DNA of 64,000 bases from an uncultured bacterium (GCA_965541585.1 CBEUCH010000016.1:1-64000), one strand, 5' to 3'. Positions 9,088-19,470 are shown, counted from the stretch's first letter. Notes: generated from the sequence alone by a model not told the origin. Program-made: numbers and translations.

Positions 9088-10625
9088 AAGGGCAATCCTG
9101 CCTCTATGCCAAAGGAAATTTCAACCATGGAGTAAAACTGATCGAGAGAATTCCCATTTTCATGAGAATAATTTTCCGAATTCTGATAGCCGAGTCCAAT
9201 TCTTAGCACTGATTCGCTTATAATTCGCCATTCGCAGAGAAACCTCATATCATCGGTCTTTTCCACGATTCCCGATGGGAATTTCGTATCGAGCGGGACC
9301 GGATCCGGATGCATATCCTCGGCATTGTACTCGCCCTTTTCCCGCCTGGTGTATTCGAACCCCGCTTGAAGATCGAAGCTTATTCTTTTGTAGATCCCGG
9401 CGAATAGCTCCAGCTGGTCGGAATCGAGCCGTCCTATGGGAGTGCCCCAATTGAGGTAGGCGTTCCTTCTCTGCCTCTGGCCGTAAGTGTAGGTATCGAC
9501 GAAATTAATTTCCAGCAGCGCCGACCAGCCGTCAAATCTCACAGGTGACAAAAATGTCCCAAGCTGGATTGCGAATTTCTGAGGACCATTACCCTTGTAA
9601 ATGAAATCATCCGATACAAATTGAAGGTAGAAATGCCCGACCTTACTTTTTATCCAGGAGATATCCAGGGCCCACATAATATTATCGTCGACTTTACGAT
9701 TCTGGCCCTCCCAGTAGTTCAGCAAAACAGGGATATTGTAATACAATTCCGGAAGTCTATCCGGTCCCCCGTAGAGCACAATCTCCGTGGCGGCCATCTC
9801 CCAGCCCTTACCGGGTCTGAAAAGAAACCGATGACCGGAAAGGTAACGGTTGTTCCATTTCCCGGTTTGTGGATCGAAATAATCATCTATGCGGCTCGCA
9901 AAGCCGGATAGTCTGAACGGCTTTAATTCGAAACCGTATTTTATCATATCGTACGGCAGGGAGTAGGCATCGAGAAGCAGGCTTCCCCGCGGCGACGGCC
10001 CCCAGTTCAGCCTCTGGCGACCCAGGAGAGCATCGAACCTACCGAGAGCCAGAGCAAAATAAGCATGATCGAACTGGCCTATTATCCTGTGATTGTGAGC
10101 CGTGCCGTAATACCAGGGATAACCGGTGCCGTCGGAATCGAAAATCAGTCGGGTATCGATCCCCCAGCGATCGTCTCGAGAGAGCCACCAACCCGCTCTA
10201 TAGATCGAGCCGAATTCGTTTTTGAAATTGCGGTTCACGAATCGATCGCGCCGCAAAAAGTAACCCTCACGGCGCTCCCTGGACAAACCTCGCAGTTCAA
10301 TCCCGGCATTGAAACCGGCTGAGAGATTTTCCGACGGTTTTCTCTGGGGAGGCTCCAGCAGTTCCATGATACGATCCGCCAGTTCTCTGCTCAGGGGATC
10401 AAGGGCCGTTTTATCGGTCGTTATCATTTCGATGACGTCCGATCGGAGCCAGGGCTTCTCGGTTATGCTCAGGTCTTTAAGATAGCCTCGTACCTGAAGC
10501 TCGGTAATGTCTCCGTTAACCGGATCGTCCATGGGGATGTAAACAGTTTGACTGAATGCCGATTGATTATATAAAATTATCCAGACGAGAACGAAAATAG
10601 AGAGCACAGTGATTTTTCGCTGCAT
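9069..10625 (-). CDS. Capsule assembly Wzi family outer-membrane protein
   Basis: Signal peptide, LGRQRLNWGP...SLLL, YLSGHR and DDNIMWALD motifs typical of Wzi-like barrels. Confidence 0.7.
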   Translation of the reverse strand: MQRKITVLSIFVLVWIILYNQSAFSQTVYIPMDDPVNGDITELQVRGYLKDLSITEKPWLRSDVIEMITTDKTALDPLSRELADRIMELLEPPQRKPSENLSAGFNAGIELRGLSRERREGYFLRRDRFVNRNFKNEFGSIYRAGWWLSRDDRWGIDTRLIFDSDGTGYPWYYGTAHNHRIIGQFDHAYFALALGRFDALLGRQRLNWGPSPRGSLLLDAYSLPYDMIKYGFELKPFRLSGFASRIDDYFDPQTGKWNNRYLSGHRFLFRPGKGWEMAATEIVLYGGPDRLPELYYNIPVLLNYWEGQNRKVDDNIMWALDISWIKSKVGHFYLQFVSDDFIYKGNGPQKFAIQLGTFLSPVRFDGWSALLEINFVDTYTYGQRQRRNAYLNWGTPIGRLDSDQLELFAGIYKRISFDLQAGFEYTRREKGEYNAEDMHPDPVPLDTKFPSGIVEKTDDMRFLCEWRIISESVLRIGLGYQNSENYSHENGNSLDQFYSMVEISFGIEAGLPFWKKFH

Positions 10626-10693
10626 GGAGTTAATCTATATGCAGTTATCAAAATTGTCAAGCTGGTTGAACCTGCGCTTTTTCTCTTAGTTCC

Positions 10694-10940
10694 GTAGGGG
10701 CGAGGTTACCTCGCCCCTTTTACGTGGTGACACCTTCATCGTCCATGTCGGAAGTAACTTTCCTACGGATCCGTAGGACCGGCATCACCCGGTAGAGCCG
10801 TAGCCCCGCGCCCCCGACAAACCCTGTCGTAGTGGCCGACCTATGTGTCGGCCAATTACGTTGGAGGACAAACACGCAGGTTTGTCCCTACAGGCAGGCA
10901 GACCTGCCTGAATACGCCGTAGGCGTCAGGCATGCCTGAC
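10694..10940. repeat. Cluster of GTAG-anchored REP-like palindromes, including a REPIN-like inverted doublet
   Basis: GTAGGGGCGAGGttaCCTCGCCCCT (10694-10718). Back-to-back TCCTACGGATCCGTAGGA (10761-10778). GTAGTGGCCGACctatgtGTCGGCC paired with inverted GGACAAACacgcagGTTTGTCCCTAC (10829-10891). GTAGGCGTCAGGCATGCCTGAC (10919-10940). Confidence 0.75.
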
Positions 10941-11050
10941 CTCTGCAACAACCCGCATAAAACAGGACGTTCGCCGTAAAACGCAATAAGTACCAATACT
11001 TGCTTCCGGATATCGCACATAACAATATGGATACTCTGAAAAACAAAACA

Positions 11051-11079
11051 TTGACGCCCAACGCTTAAATCATTATTAT
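11051..11079 (+). promoter_or_regulatory. Sigma70-type promoter
   Basis: TTGACG-N17-TATTAT upstream of 11108..11728. Confidence 0.6.
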
Positions 11080-11107
11080 CTGCAATAGCTCCTTATCGGG
11101 AAACAGG

Positions 11108-11728
11108 TTGATTCTAATGAATAAGAAAATCCTTTGCCTTGCCGCCGCGCTTTTGACTTTATCATATTGTTTAGCGTATGGGCAGTCATCCGTTATAGAC
11201 GGCAATAGGCACTACGGAAATTACTATCAAAATAACAATTATCCAGCATTCTCCCCTGTAACTGCGTCTTTTTCTCTAAATCATAGCCTCGACTCGCTGA
11301 AAGACCAACAACTCAAGCGCTACCGCATGTATGAAGAGCCGTATACAAAGAAAAGTCCGGCTATCGCTTTTGCCCTGGGCTTTGGCCCCGGTTTTTTCAT
11401 TCACGGCATGGGACATTACCACATAGGGGAGATAAGAACTGGTAATGCTTTGCTTGCCTTGGGAGTCATTTCAACTGCAGTAATCGTTTACGCTGGACCA
11501 CGCGCTTTCTTCGCAGGATGGGATAATCCAGGTAACAAAAATACGCCCGGCGTAAGCTTTCTTTTGGCAACCGGTGTAATCACATTCATGGGAACATGGG
11601 TTTACGATTTTACGGCCGCCCCTATCAAGGCCCGCAAGTTCAATGAGAAACACGGGCTTTCCATGCGGTTATGCCCGAATTTAAAGGGAGATATGGCATC
11701 GCTCAATATTGTGATGCAGCTTAGATAA
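11108..11728 (+). CDS. Hypothetical exported/membrane protein (TM2-like KKSPAIA...GMGHY motif)
   Basis: Signal peptide, KKSPAIAFALG..PG....GMGHYHIGE motif, two hydrophobic segments; the true start may be ATG 11117. Confidence 0.7.
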   Translation: MILMNKKILCLAAALLTLSYCLAYGQSSVIDGNRHYGNYYQNNNYPAFSPVTASFSLNHSLDSLKDQQLKRYRMYEEPYTKKSPAIAFALGFGPGFFIHGMGHYHIGEIRTGNALLALGVISTAVIVYAGPRAFFAGWDNPGNKNTPGVSFLLATGVITFMGTWVYDFTAAPIKARKFNEKHGLSMRLCPNLKGDMASLNIVMQLR

Positions 11729-11781
11729 TACTACTTTTGTACTGTCAGGCAGCCAGCCGCACATTATTTCGCGCCAAAATT

Positions 11782-11844
11782 GTAGGGGGGGTCAATTGAA
11801 CGCCCGCTATCAACAATAAAGAGCGTTTTGTCAAACGCCACTAC
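11782..11844. repeat. Inverted REP doublet (REPIN-like)
   Basis: GTAGGGGGGGTCAATTGAACGCCC on the plus strand and GTAGTGGCGTTTGACAAAACGCTC on the minus strand, facing each other between convergent genes. Confidence 0.6.
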
Positions 11845-11870
11845 AAATGGATAATGTCTTATTTGCTCTC

Positions 11871-12992
11871 CTACCGCAGCAGCGTCAGGAATATCCCGGC
11901 CGCCACGGCAGAGCCGATGACGCCGGCGACGTTGGGGCCCATGGCCGGCATGAGCGGGTTGACGCGGCCGTCGGTGGCATCGGAGACGAATTTCTGCACC
12001 ACCCGGGCAGACATCGGCACCGCCGAGACGCCTGCCGCACCGATACAGGGATTGATCTTCTTTTTCAAAAAGAGATTGATGAACTTGGCGAAGATCACGC
12101 CGCCAGCCGTGCTGAACGAAAAGGCCACCGCGCCCAGTATGAGAATATAAAGCGTCTTGGCTTTCAGGAAATACTGCGCGCCCATGGTGGCTCCCACCGC
12201 CAGGCCTAAGAAAATTGTTACAATATCGATCAATGCCCCGCCTGCGGTTTTACGCAGCCTTTCGGTGACGCCGCATTCGCGAAGCAGGTTGCCGAACATC
12301 AGCATTCCGATCAGCGGCGCCGCCGTTGGTATTGCCAGCGAGGCGATAACGCCGGTGACGATGGGAAATATGATGACGGCAGTCTTTGATACCGGTCTGG
12401 CCTGCGGCATATCGATGGCTCTCTCTTTGGTGGTTGTCAATAACCGCATGATGGGCGGCTGGATGATCGGCACCAGCGACATGTAGCTGTAAGCCGCTAC
12501 CGCCACCGGCCCCAGAAGATGCGGAGCCAGCTGGCTTGTCAGGAAGATCGATGTCGGACCGTCGGCGCCGCCGATAATGCCGATACAGGCCGCTTCCTTG
12601 AAATCAAAATTCAATAAATAGGCTGCACTCAAGGCGGCCACGAATATCCCCAGCTGTGCCGCCGCACCTAAGAGAAACGTAACCGGTCGTCCCAAAAGAG
12701 GGCGAAAATCGGTCAGCACTCCCACGCCCAGGAATATTATGGGCGGCAGAAGCTCTGTTTTGATGCCGGAGTCATATATCAAAGCGATAATACCATTATC
12801 ATACGCCCCCATCTCGGCCAGGGGGAGGTTGGCCATTATGGTTCCGAAGCCGATCGGTATCAAAAGTAACGGTTCGTAATGTTTGGCGATGGCTAAGTAA
12901 ATCAGAGTCCCCCCCACTGCAAACATGACCCAGTTACCCCAGCTTAAGTTGGCGAAGCCGGATTGTCCCAGAAGCTCTAATACTGTTTCCAT
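11871..12992 (-). CDS. oadB: Na+-translocating decarboxylase subunit beta
   Basis: YEPLLLIPIGFG, IGIIGGADGPTSIF, AAYSYMSLVPIIQPP, IGAAGVSAVPMSARV and AMGPNVAGVIGSA motifs. Confidence 0.95.
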   Translation of the reverse strand: METVLELLGQSGFANLSWGNWVMFAVGGTLIYLAIAKHYEPLLLIPIGFGTIMANLPLAEMGAYDNGIIALIYDSGIKTELLPPIIFLGVGVLTDFRPLLGRPVTFLLGAAAQLGIFVAALSAAYLLNFDFKEAACIGIIGGADGPTSIFLTSQLAPHLLGPVAVAAYSYMSLVPIIQPPIMRLLTTTKERAIDMPQARPVSKTAVIIFPIVTGVIASLAIPTAAPLIGMLMFGNLLRECGVTERLRKTAGGALIDIVTIFLGLAVGATMGAQYFLKAKTLYILILGAVAFSFSTAGGVIFAKFINLFLKKKINPCIGAAGVSAVPMSARVVQKFVSDATDGRVNPLMPAMGPNVAGVIGSAVAAGIFLTLLR

Positions 12993-13002
12993 TGGCCAGG
13001 CC

Positions 13003-14817
13003 TTATGAGATGGTCAGGATAGGTTTGGAGGAATCTATCTCATCGCCGATTTGCACGTTGATTCCGGATACCTTCCCGTCGCATGGTGATTTGATCTCGT
13101 GTTTGGCTTTCATGGCCTCCACCGCCGCCACCACCTGCCCCTTGCTGACAGCATCACCGGTCTTGACCATAATATCCACAACTTCGACGAATCCGGCAAA
13201 CGTGGAGTAGACGCCTGTCCCATTAGTGGAAGCCTGTGCCACCCTGGGCGGCGGGGTCGCGGTTGCTGAATCAGATCCTGTCGCCGGTTCCACGGTGATC
13301 ACAAAAGTCCGCCTGGTACCGTTCTCCTCCACCGTGCACCGGGTGGTTACGGGACCGGTGATAGCCGGCGCCGGTTTGGGTTCCGCTTTCTTCTTGAGAG
13401 GAATATCGATCTTTCCTTTTCCGGTCAGAAGTCGAATCCCCTCGTTAAGTTCCATCTTCTTACCGGGAACCATAGCCGCCAAAACCAGAAAGGTATTGTG
13501 ATCATTGACCGGCAGGTTTCTTTCCTCCAGCGCTTTTTTGGCGCCGGCGATATTTTTCGGCGCGGCTTCCAGCGGGTCGCCCTCGAACACCGGCAGCTTG
13601 AGCTGTTCGGAGGCTATCTCGATTACTTTCGGATCGGGGGGCAATGGTGTTTTGCCGAAATATCCCAGAACCGCCTTCCCGTATCCAGCATCGATCTTCT
13701 TCCACCGGCCGTAGAGGACGTTATTGAATGCCTGCAGCCAATATTGCTGGCTGCCGGGTGTGACGCTGGTCCAGGCGCCGCCGGCCTCCACCACCACCGG
13801 GAACTCAGACAGGACGTCGCCGTATTTATCGAGGATGCCGGCCTTTACCATCATATGAACGTTAGGCCCGATAGCTCCGCCCGGCATGGGGAATCCCAGC
13901 ACACGCGCATCGGCCGTGGTGGTAGCGGGATTGAAGCTGTAATCTTTCATAAGATCGTTCAGCATATCCTCGATGGCGCCCATTTTGGAAGCGTCGATAT
14001 CGAGCGAGTACCCCGTCCCTTTCAGGCCATGAGCCATGGAACGCACATCCGGCTGGACAGTACCGCTGGCCATCGGCCTGACGGAGAGATCAATCCCATC
14101 AACTCCGCCGGCGATGCCCGCCATGTAACAGGCCACGGCCGTGCTGGCGGTATCGTGGGTGTGCATCCATAACGGCATTTCAGAAGGCATAATCTTCTTT
14201 AATCCGACCGCCGTCTGGTAAACCGTATTAGGATCGGTGGTGCCGCTGGCGTCTTTCAGGCAGATACTGTCTATATGAATATCCCCCTTAAGAAGCCTCT
14301 TTCCGATATCGATATAGAATTTCGGCGTATGGACTTTGTCCGACTTGAATGGCAAACCCATAAGTGCAATGGTTGCCTGATGATGCATTCCGGCTTCGAC
14401 AATCGGTCTGCCCGTTTTGATTAAATTGTCGACGTCGTTCATGTAATCGAAGTTCCGATCCCAGGTGGTGCCGTTCTCTTTCATCAACTTCGCCTGCAGC
14501 TTCAGACCCTCCAAAGACTGGGTGGTTAAAGTAACTCCTGAGACGGAACGTGTAAGAATCTGCAGATCGACATCGGGGCCTGCAGTTTCTCGAATCTTTT
14601 TCATATCCTCAAAGGGATCCTCGCCCAGATAAAAACATGGGGCCTGGTACCGGGCGCCGCCTCCAAACTCGAAGTGGCGAATACCTGCATCGACGGCGGC
14701 TTTCAAGGCCGGAAGAAAATCATTTAGACGAACCTTCCCTCCGAACGAACTTTGAAGGCCGTCGCGGAAAGTCGTGAACATCACCCTGATCTTCTTCGGA
14801 GTTTTAGTGAAAATCAT
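13003..14817 (-). CDS. oadA: Oxaloacetate decarboxylase-type alpha subunit (carboxyltransferase TIM barrel plus biotin carrier)
   Basis: FRDGLQS, CLKD, HTHDT, MPGG, VTPGSQ and C-terminal EAMK biotinylation motif; lies between the gamma and beta genes. Confidence 0.85.
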   Translation of the reverse strand: MIFTKTPKKIRVMFTTFRDGLQSSFGGKVRLNDFLPALKAAVDAGIRHFEFGGGARYQAPCFYLGEDPFEDMKKIRETAGPDVDLQILTRSVSGVTLTTQSLEGLKLQAKLMKENGTTWDRNFDYMNDVDNLIKTGRPIVEAGMHHQATIALMGLPFKSDKVHTPKFYIDIGKRLLKGDIHIDSICLKDASGTTDPNTVYQTAVGLKKIMPSEMPLWMHTHDTASTAVACYMAGIAGGVDGIDLSVRPMASGTVQPDVRSMAHGLKGTGYSLDIDASKMGAIEDMLNDLMKDYSFNPATTTADARVLGFPMPGGAIGPNVHMMVKAGILDKYGDVLSEFPVVVEAGGAWTSVTPGSQQYWLQAFNNVLYGRWKKIDAGYGKAVLGYFGKTPLPPDPKVIEIASEQLKLPVFEGDPLEAAPKNIAGAKKALEERNLPVNDHNTFLVLAAMVPGKKMELNEGIRLLTGKGKIDIPLKKKAEPKPAPAITGPVTTRCTVEENGTRRTFVITVEPATGSDSATATPPPRVAQASTNGTGVYSTFAGFVEVVDIMVKTGDAVSKGQVVAAVEAMKAKHEIKSPCDGKVSGINVQIGDEIDSSKPILTIS

Positions 14818-15026
14818 TTTATCTCCTCGATATTTGTAATTCTTGTACCTGGATACGCAGTTGAAACCGCTGCCGTTACGGCAGCGACCACTGTAGCGTC
14901 AGTCCTATTTGCTTTTTGAGGAAAAATGACTATGATAATCCGCATCACTATAGCCAGAAGCGTAAGCAACAAAAATACCCCGACAAAAGCCGAGGCACAA
15001 ATCATCAACAGGTCGTTGGATCCCAT
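14814..15026 (-). CDS. oadG: Decarboxylase gamma subunit (OadG family)
   Basis: Single TM helix (FVGVFLLLTLLAIVM) plus VVAAVTAAV motif; overlaps the alpha start. Confidence 0.8.
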   Translation of the reverse strand: MGSNDLLMICASAFVGVFLLLTLLAIVMRIIIVIFPQKANRTDATVVAAVTAAVSTAYPGTRITNIEEIK

Positions 15027-15304
15027 AGCTATTTCTTTCTCACCACAGTTGCCCGCCTACCCACGGCAACTCCCACAAACGAAACATCGTTGATCACTCT
15101 AAATCAAGACTAATCATTCTATACATTATAATGAACTCAATCCAGATTATCAAGCGCCGAACGGATTTTCTCTCTAAATTTGCCGGAGGGGACAGATCTT
15201 CCATTTCGCAGCTTTAGATTGATATGAAAATTGATCGCCGGACTACTGATAATCGCACCCAATGCCGATGTTATTTGCTTGTAAAGAGCACTTTTAGAAA
15301 GCCT

Positions 15305-16543
15305 TCAGTCTGCGAGCGGTGTTTCTCCTTCCGTCCGGGCAATCACCACGGCGCCGCAGGAATCGGACCAGACATTGACCGTAGTGCGGCACATATCGAG
15401 TATCCTGTCGAACACCTGGATAATTGCAATGCCCTCGAACGGAACACCTATGGCCGCCATTATCATGGGGATCGTGGCCAGAGAGGCTTTGGGGATGGCC
15501 GCCGTGGCCACCGATGCCGCCAGCGCAGTTAGAACCACGATAATCTGCTGGACGATATCGAGATGGATTCCGTAGGTCTGTGCGATAAACAGAACCGCCG
15601 CCGCCTCATACAATGCCGTGCCGTCCATGTTGATGGTTGCCCCCATGGGAAGCACAAAACTGGTGACTTTATTGGAGACGCCGGCATTTTTCTCCACACG
15701 CTCCAGAGTTAAGGGCAACGTTGCCCCCGACGATGCCGTGGAGAAGGCGGTCAAGAGCGCCGGCCCCATGGCCTTAACATGCCTGACGGGATTGACCCGG
15801 CCGACAAACTTGAGAAGCAACGGCAGAGTTATAAAGGCATGAAAGAAAAGCCCGCCCAAGATACAGAAGAAATATATCAACAGCGGCCCCAGGGTCTCAA
15901 AGCCGGTGGTAGCAACGACTTTGGTGATCAGGCCAAAAATACCGATCGGCGCCACGCTGATAACAAGGTGCGTGACCTTCATCATAACCTGGAAGAAGGC
16001 GGAGAAGAGATCCGTCAAGACTGTTCGCGGTTTCTCCGGTAACCGCGTAATGAAAACACCGACTAAAATACAGAAAAAGATTAACGGCAGAATGTCGCCG
16101 TCGGCGATAGCCTTCAGGAGATTCGGCGGCACCATCTTCAATATCAGCCCATACACCGATTCCCAGACGCCTTTCGATTCCGTGAAGGCCTCCGGCGTCT
16201 CACCGAGATCAATCTGAACGCCGAAACCCGGCGAGACGATATTCATGATTACCATGCCGACTATGATCGCTGAAATGGAGGTTAACATGTAATAGGCGAA
16301 TGTCTTCCAACCCAGCCTGCCCAGCCCTTCACCGGCGCCGATACTGGTTATACCGGATATTAACGAGGCTGCAATCAGGGGGATGATAATCAGCCTCAAA
16401 AGGCGGATGAAAAGATCACCGAGCGGCCCGGCCACAACCAGTGCAGGTTCGCCAATCAATGAACCGGTCAGAACACCGCAGGCGATTCCAATAAATATCC
16501 AGGTCGTTAAATTGATCTTTCTTAAGACTTTAATGATCTGCAT
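15305..16543 (-). CDS. Dicarboxylate/amino acid:cation symporter (DAACS/GltP family)
   Basis: AFSTASSGATLP, FVLPMGATINMDGTALY and DRILDMCRTTVNVWSD motifs. Confidence 0.95.
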   Translation of the reverse strand: MQIIKVLRKINLTTWIFIGIACGVLTGSLIGEPALVVAGPLGDLFIRLLRLIIIPLIAASLISGITSIGAGEGLGRLGWKTFAYYMLTSISAIIVGMVIMNIVSPGFGVQIDLGETPEAFTESKGVWESVYGLILKMVPPNLLKAIADGDILPLIFFCILVGVFITRLPEKPRTVLTDLFSAFFQVMMKVTHLVISVAPIGIFGLITKVVATTGFETLGPLLIYFFCILGGLFFHAFITLPLLLKFVGRVNPVRHVKAMGPALLTAFSTASSGATLPLTLERVEKNAGVSNKVTSFVLPMGATINMDGTALYEAAAVLFIAQTYGIHLDIVQQIIVVLTALAASVATAAIPKASLATIPMIMAAIGVPFEGIAIIQVFDRILDMCRTTVNVWSDSCGAVVIARTEGETPLAD

Positions 16544-16706
16544 CGTCTATTTATGGGGAATAGGATTAAGTATTGCCAGTAAAAAATTAATTTTCTTTTG
16601 CTTTATGAGTTTGGATTCCCGCGGCCTGGCGATAATTCGATACTGGTATTGCGCCAGTATCGACGAGAGAATAATATCGAAGAAAACGAATCTTTAAGTC
16701 TCTTTC

Positions 16707-18101
16707 CTAAAATTCGTCTATATGCTTGACCGTTACGGTGCCGAGTTTTTCCAGATCGTCTTTGACATCGGCGGCATTGGAGACCACCACGAAGACCATA
16801 TTGTCGGTATCGATAAGTCTTTTGGCTATGCGACGGATATCTTTCTTTTTTACCTTCTTTATATTCTTTGCGAAATCCTCGATATAGGAGACGGGCAAAC
16901 CATACACTTCCGTCTTGATGATTTCATTCGCCACCTGTGACGGCGTCTCCAGCGTCATGGGATAAAACCCGCTCCAGAAACTGACGGAATTTTTGAATTC
17001 ATCATCGCTGACATCATTTTCCGCCATATCTTTCATAATCCCGATGGCAGCGTTAATGGCCTTCAGGGTGGAGTCGTTTTCGGTGAACGTGTTACAATAA
17101 TATGCACCCGGCAGCAGATGGAATTCGTTAACTGTGCGAATATCATAGGTGAGACCGGCATCATCGCGAACCTGCTGCATCAGTCGGTTCACAAATGAGA
17201 CGCCCGAACCCAGGATGTAATTCATGACCAGAAACGAATAATAATTGTCGTTGTCCCTGGTAATTCCAAAATTGCCGAAACGGATGTAGGTTTGTGTGGC
17301 GTCCGGTTTATCTATCAAAAGAATCCTGTGGCCTTCAGGCACTATAAGTGATGTTGTCGAGAGATCCGGAATCTCCGCTCTCTGCCAATTCCTGAAAGCA
17401 TCGCCGATACGAGCTATAGCATCATTTGGTTCAATATCGCCGGCGACGACAAGAATGGAGTTGTTGGGGCGGAAATACGTCTCATAGAAATCGACGATAT
17501 CGTCTCTCGTGATGGCGCCGACCGATTCTCGCGTTCCAACCACGGGATGACCGTACGGATGGACGCCGAATAGCATTTCATCAAAGGCATTAGCGCAAAC
17601 CCTGGAAGGATTGTCTTTCGACTCGATTATCTCGCTTAACGTTTTTTTACGTTTTCGCTCGACTTCGTTCTCGTCAAAAACAGGATTGAGAATTACATCC
17701 GAGAGCAAATCCAGGGCGATATCAAAATGCTTAACCAATACCCTGGTATTGATATTGATAGCATCCCGGTTAGCGGAACTGCTCAGAGAACCGCCCACGA
17801 AGTCGATGGCCTCGGAAATCTCGACCGCAGTTTTAGTATTCGTTCCCTTGCGAATCATATCAGCCGTGAAACTCGCCAGCCCTCCCATTTCTTTCGTATC
17901 GTAAAGCGATCCGGCCACTATGACCATCTTCATATAGACGATCGGGAGCTCATGGTTCTCCACTACGAATACTGAAAGACCGTTGTCCAGCGTCTTCTCC
18001 GTAATGGGTGGAAGCTTGACATCACCTGCAAAAACGTTAACGCAGAAGAGAAACAGGACAATTTTGGAAAGGAATATTCTACCGATCATACCGTCCTCCA
18101 A
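16707..18101 (-). CDS. M16B peptidase, non-catalytic subunit
   Basis: Pitrilysin-like fold motifs (LDNGL, HPYGHP, YFRPNN, R...GLTY); lacks HXXEH. Confidence 0.85.
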   Translation of the reverse strand: MEDGMIGRIFLSKIVLFLFCVNVFAGDVKLPPITEKTLDNGLSVFVVENHELPIVYMKMVIVAGSLYDTKEMGGLASFTADMIRKGTNTKTAVEISEAIDFVGGSLSSSANRDAININTRVLVKHFDIALDLLSDVILNPVFDENEVERKRKKTLSEIIESKDNPSRVCANAFDEMLFGVHPYGHPVVGTRESVGAITRDDIVDFYETYFRPNNSILVVAGDIEPNDAIARIGDAFRNWQRAEIPDLSTTSLIVPEGHRILLIDKPDATQTYIRFGNFGITRDNDNYYSFLVMNYILGSGVSFVNRLMQQVRDDAGLTYDIRTVNEFHLLPGAYYCNTFTENDSTLKAINAAIGIMKDMAENDVSDDEFKNSVSFWSGFYPMTLETPSQVANEIIKTEVYGLPVSYIEDFAKNIKKVKKKDIRRIAKRLIDTDNMVFVVVSNAADVKDDLEKLGTVTVKHIDEF

Positions 18102-18104
18102 CTA

Positions 18105-19457
18105 TCACTCAGCCCCTGGGGCCGCATCGGGCTGCTCTTGCTCCTCGGGCAGCAGAGTCACCACGGTTCGCTTCCTGGCTGTAAGAAATTCACCTGTAAC
18201 CCTCAATACATCCTCGGCAGTAACAGCCTGGATCTCATCCGGATATTTATAAATATCGCTGTAATCATCGGTGTTGATTTCAAACATGCCGATATTATTT
18301 GCCCTGCCCACATTCGATTGAAGCCCCATAATGAAATCAGATTCCATCTGATTTTTAGCCTTTTGAAGTTCACTATCTGAGATCGGCTCAGTCGTCAGCC
18401 TGCCGATTTCCTCAAAAATTATCTTCTTGATTTCCTCGATATCCGAACCGGGCGTGGCCTGAGCGTAAACGTAGAACAGGTGCGGATCGTGGTGAACCTC
18501 CGCGTCGCCCTCCACCGTTAATGCTATCTGCTCATCGTAGACAAGCCGCTTATATAGTCGAGATGATTCACCTTCGAATAACACTTTAGCCGCCACCTGC
18601 AGCGGGACTATATCCGGATCGCTTCCACCGGGGATCTTATAGCCGGTCATAACAGCGGATAGTTGAGCAGCGCGATGAAAATCTATTTTTTTCTCACCCT
18701 TTTGTTCGGGCTCGACCGATGTTACAGGCGGCGGAGTTTCTTCAGCCTGTAAAGGCCCCAGGTATTTTCTGACCAGCTTCATGGCTCGGGATGGCTCAAA
18801 ATCACCGGAGATGATCATGAAACTATTGTTAGGGGCGTAATGGATCCTGTAATACTCCAGACAATCTTTGAGTGTTATCGCCTTAATATCGCTCATGAAG
18901 CCGATAACCTCCCAGCGATATGGATGCGCCACGAAAGCATTGTTTATGAGCACCTCATACATTGAATTTTCGGGGGAGTTATCGATACCCCATAGCCGTT
19001 CGTTAACAACCACATTACTTTCGGATGATAGATTTTTCTCATCCAGTGTAAGATTCCGTGAACGATCGGCCTCCATTTGCAGCACCAATTCCAGTTTATC
19101 GGGCGGCACTACTTCATAGTAAGCTGTATTATCAACCCAGGTCCAGGCGTTATCGTAACCGCCGCTGGCCTCGATCAACTTATCGAAAGTGTTGCCCGGG
19201 AACTCTCTGGTCCCCTTGAACATGAGATGCTCAAACAGATGTGATATGCCCGTGATTCCCGGACGTTCGTTTCGGCTTCCGGTTTTATACCACACCTGTA
19301 TCGTCACCGACGGGCAGGAATGATCGGGAATGAGAAGAATCATCATCCCGTTTTCGAGGCTATGCCGTTTCACCGGAAACGCCAGTTCCCCTGATTGTAC
19401 GGCCACCACGCCGACGGGCATGGTAAGCAGAACCGCAATTATCAATACAATTCTCAT
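18105..19457 (-). CDS. M16B zinc peptidase, catalytic subunit
   Basis: GSRNE..GITGISHLFEHLMFKGT (HXXEH), NAWT and ER motifs. Confidence 0.92.
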   Translation of the reverse strand: MRIVLIIAVLLTMPVGVVAVQSGELAFPVKRHSLENGMMILLIPDHSCPSVTIQVWYKTGSRNERPGITGISHLFEHLMFKGTREFPGNTFDKLIEASGGYDNAWTWVDNTAYYEVVPPDKLELVLQMEADRSRNLTLDEKNLSSESNVVVNERLWGIDNSPENSMYEVLINNAFVAHPYRWEVIGFMSDIKAITLKDCLEYYRIHYAPNNSFMIISGDFEPSRAMKLVRKYLGPLQAEETPPPVTSVEPEQKGEKKIDFHRAAQLSAVMTGYKIPGGSDPDIVPLQVAAKVLFEGESSRLYKRLVYDEQIALTVEGDAEVHHDPHLFYVYAQATPGSDIEEIKKIIFEEIGRLTTEPISDSELQKAKNQMESDFIMGLQSNVGRANNIGMFEINTDDYSDIYKYPDEIQAVTAEDVLRVTGEFLTARKRTVVTLLPEEQEQPDAAPGAE

Positions 19458-19470
19458 CCCTCCTCCGTTT

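Noticed and set aside
10694..10940. CRISPR array
   Set aside because: The palindromes differ from one another, with no identical direct repeats, no regular spacers and no cas genes.
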